Below, piece after piece: positions 45,720 through 47,093 of a stretch of 47,093 bases of DNA. Both the position numbers and the translations under genes were made by a program. The notes below the pieces were generated by a model that saw only the letters and a list, made by a program, of their open reading frames with translations, made no database searches and was not told the origin of the DNA. How positions within the stretch are numbered: the stretch's first letter is position 1; each line of letters opens with the position of its first letter. The DNA is from a virus. Its lineage: Duplodnaviria; Caudoviricetes. Location of the stretch: the IMG/VR virus record IMGVR_UViG_3300038321_000049, positions 1 through 47,093 of that record, one strand, 5' to 3'.

Positions 45720-47093
45720 CTACTTAAAAAGTATATGCGCTATATCGTCTATAACATCAATTACATAATACCCTGTATCACTGTGCGTTGCAATACCTTC
45801 TACACTGCAAGTACAAAATTCTCCTACGACACAGGTTCCATCTGACCTGACAGGAAGGCAACCTAGCATTCCTACACAGCTCCATTCTTTGCGCTGTGCC
45901 CTTGGAATATATTCATTTTGTTTAGTGTTGTCATAATCTTCAGCTAACTTCATAGCATCATTTTCTATGATAATACGATTAAACACATCTCGTTCATACC
46001 GCCAATAATAGTCTTCATCTGCATTCCCTATAACAGAGGGATTACCTGAAGTGATTCCTACTATGTATTCTCCTGGCTGTGCTTTATGAAGTCCGTCTGG
46101 TTTAATAGTTACAAAGTATCCTACTCTGTCTTCAGCATCTGTGTTACCATCTGCCCATGGTTTTATATACTCTGCGTAGTCAGCTCCTGAAGAGTTATAA
46201 GCACCAACACCATAAACTGCACCTGCGTAAGTTACTCTAAAAGCATTCGAGCGTGCAGAAGAACTTGTTCCATTTCCTACAACAAACGCATCACCAACTT
46301 GTGTATCGCTGGATGCACCATTAGTCATAGCTTTATTAAACTTTCCTGCTGCATGGCTTGCGAAATTACTAGAAGTTGTATTATATCCTTCTGCATGTGC
46401 ACTATTACCAGAAGCATTTGTACTATATCCTTCAGCATGTGTACAAGCCCCTGCATCAGTAGAAGTTCCTGCTGCAGTTAATCCAGATATTGTATTGTAT
46501 CCTTCAGCGTGACAAGCAAAACCAAAAGCACCAAAAGTATTGCTAATAGCATTTCCTTCCGCATGTGCGCTATTACCAGTAGCACTTGTCTTATATCCTT
46601 CTGCGTGCGCTGCAGTATTGGATGCAGCTGTTTGATATCCTTCTGTGTGTGAATAGAAACCAGAAGCGTTTGTAGCATTTCCTTCTGCATGTGCGCTAGT
46701 ACCAAAAGCTTTTGTAGCATTTCCTTCTGCATGTGAATTAGTACCAGCTGCTTGTGTAGCATTTCCTTCCGCAAAAGACATAGCACCTATAACACTTTCA
46801 GTAGCACGGTTATGTGAAAAGCTACCTGTAAATACAGCGTTCTCTGTATCTACACCAGGTCCCTGAGGACCCTGTGGTCCCTGAGGACCTTCTGGTCCTA
46901 CTTCACCTTGTATACCTTGTTCACCCTGAGGTCCTACTAAGTACCTGCTCCATGTATATTCTGATGGGTCTGTGGGAGCAACAGTACTGGAAGTAGTAGC
47001 AAATCCTATACAAGGTTGTGTATAACTTTCTGGATAATCTTCAGGAGCGGGTGTCCAGGGAGTTGCGGTGGTGCCTTTTTCGAGTTTTAGACC
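45720..47093 (-). CDS. Tail fibre protein, 3' part: collagen repeats, YadA-like head repeats, C-terminal peptidase-G2-like chaperone; enters from the right edge
   Basis: The frame is open from 47093 (GLKLEKGTTATPWTPAPED...[10 protein letters not shown]...) into the track ORF; 14-aa SHAEG repeats; GADYAE motif. Confidence 0.85.
   Translation of the reverse strand, partial: GLKLEKGTTATPWTPAPEDYPESYTQPCIGFATTSSTVAPTDPSEYTWSRYLVGPQGEQGIQGEVGPEGPQGPQGPQGPGVDTENAVFTGSFSHNRATESVIGAMSFAEGNATQAAGTNSHAEGNATKAFGTSAHAEGNATNASGFYSHTEGYQTAASNTAAHAEGYKTSATGNSAHAEGNAISNTFGAFGFACHAEGYNTISGLTAAGTSTDAGACTHAEGYSTNASGNSAHAEGYNTTSSNFASHAAGKFNKAMTNGASSDTQVGDAFVVGNGTSSSARSNAFRVTYAGAVYGVGAYNSSGADYAEYIKPWADGNTDAEDRVGYFVTIKPDGLHKAQPGEYIVGITSGNPSVIGNADEDYYWRYERDVFNRIIIENDAMKLAEDYDNTKQNEYIPRAQRKEWSCVGMLGCLPVRSDGTCVVGEFCTCSVEGIATHSDTGYYVIDVIDDIAHILFK
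46355..46781 (-). repeat. 42-bp-period coding repeats (HAEG, YadA-head-like)
   Basis: Repeated gcatttccttctgcatgtg / tatccttc.gc.tg units encoding HAEG(N/Y)xTxAxG. Confidence 0.85.

Noticed and set aside
2163-46786. Many short antisense or overlapping ORFs in the track (e.g. 2163..2759, 3925..4368, 9054..9329, 10648..10839, 13700..13885, 26182..26592, 33708..34124)
   Set aside because: They lie opposite or within well-supported genes or in low-complexity DNA, and lack RBS and recognisable motifs.
1-47093. Lysogeny module, tRNA genes, IS elements
   Set aside because: No integrase, repressor pair, transposase or tRNA cloverleaf was recognised by eye. A tRNAscan/HMM search would be needed to exclude them formally.

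Overview
This window is an almost complete, AT-rich, tailed dsDNA phage genome with podovirus-like architecture. The host is probably a Firmicute (Clostridia-like), inferred from GGAGG ribosome-binding sites, sigma-A-type promoters and an amidase/r1t-type holin lysis pair. The window opens and closes inside what appears to be the same tail-fibre gene. The minus strand carries the packaging and virion genes: terminase, portal, scaffold, N4-gp56-type capsid, tail proteins, lysis genes and a 3369-aa giant protein. The plus strand carries early, accessory and replication genes: SNF2-like helicase, AAA ATPase, SSB, primase fused to an MCM-like helicase, PolA, RuvC-like nuclease and YqaJ-like exonuclease. 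No integrase, tRNA or CRISPR array was seen. The most notable locus is 13.4-18.3 kb. It holds a complete ubiquitin-like conjugation cassette (Ubl, E2-like, JAB, E1/ThiF), then a retron-like reverse transcriptase, then a promoter and a downstream tandem pair of retron-type ncRNA units. Each unit reads a1-G, two msr-like hairpins, a different msd-like hairpin, G-a2, suggesting one RT with an array of templates. All family assignments come from motif recognition by eye and all folding was done by hand; no database search or folding program was run.
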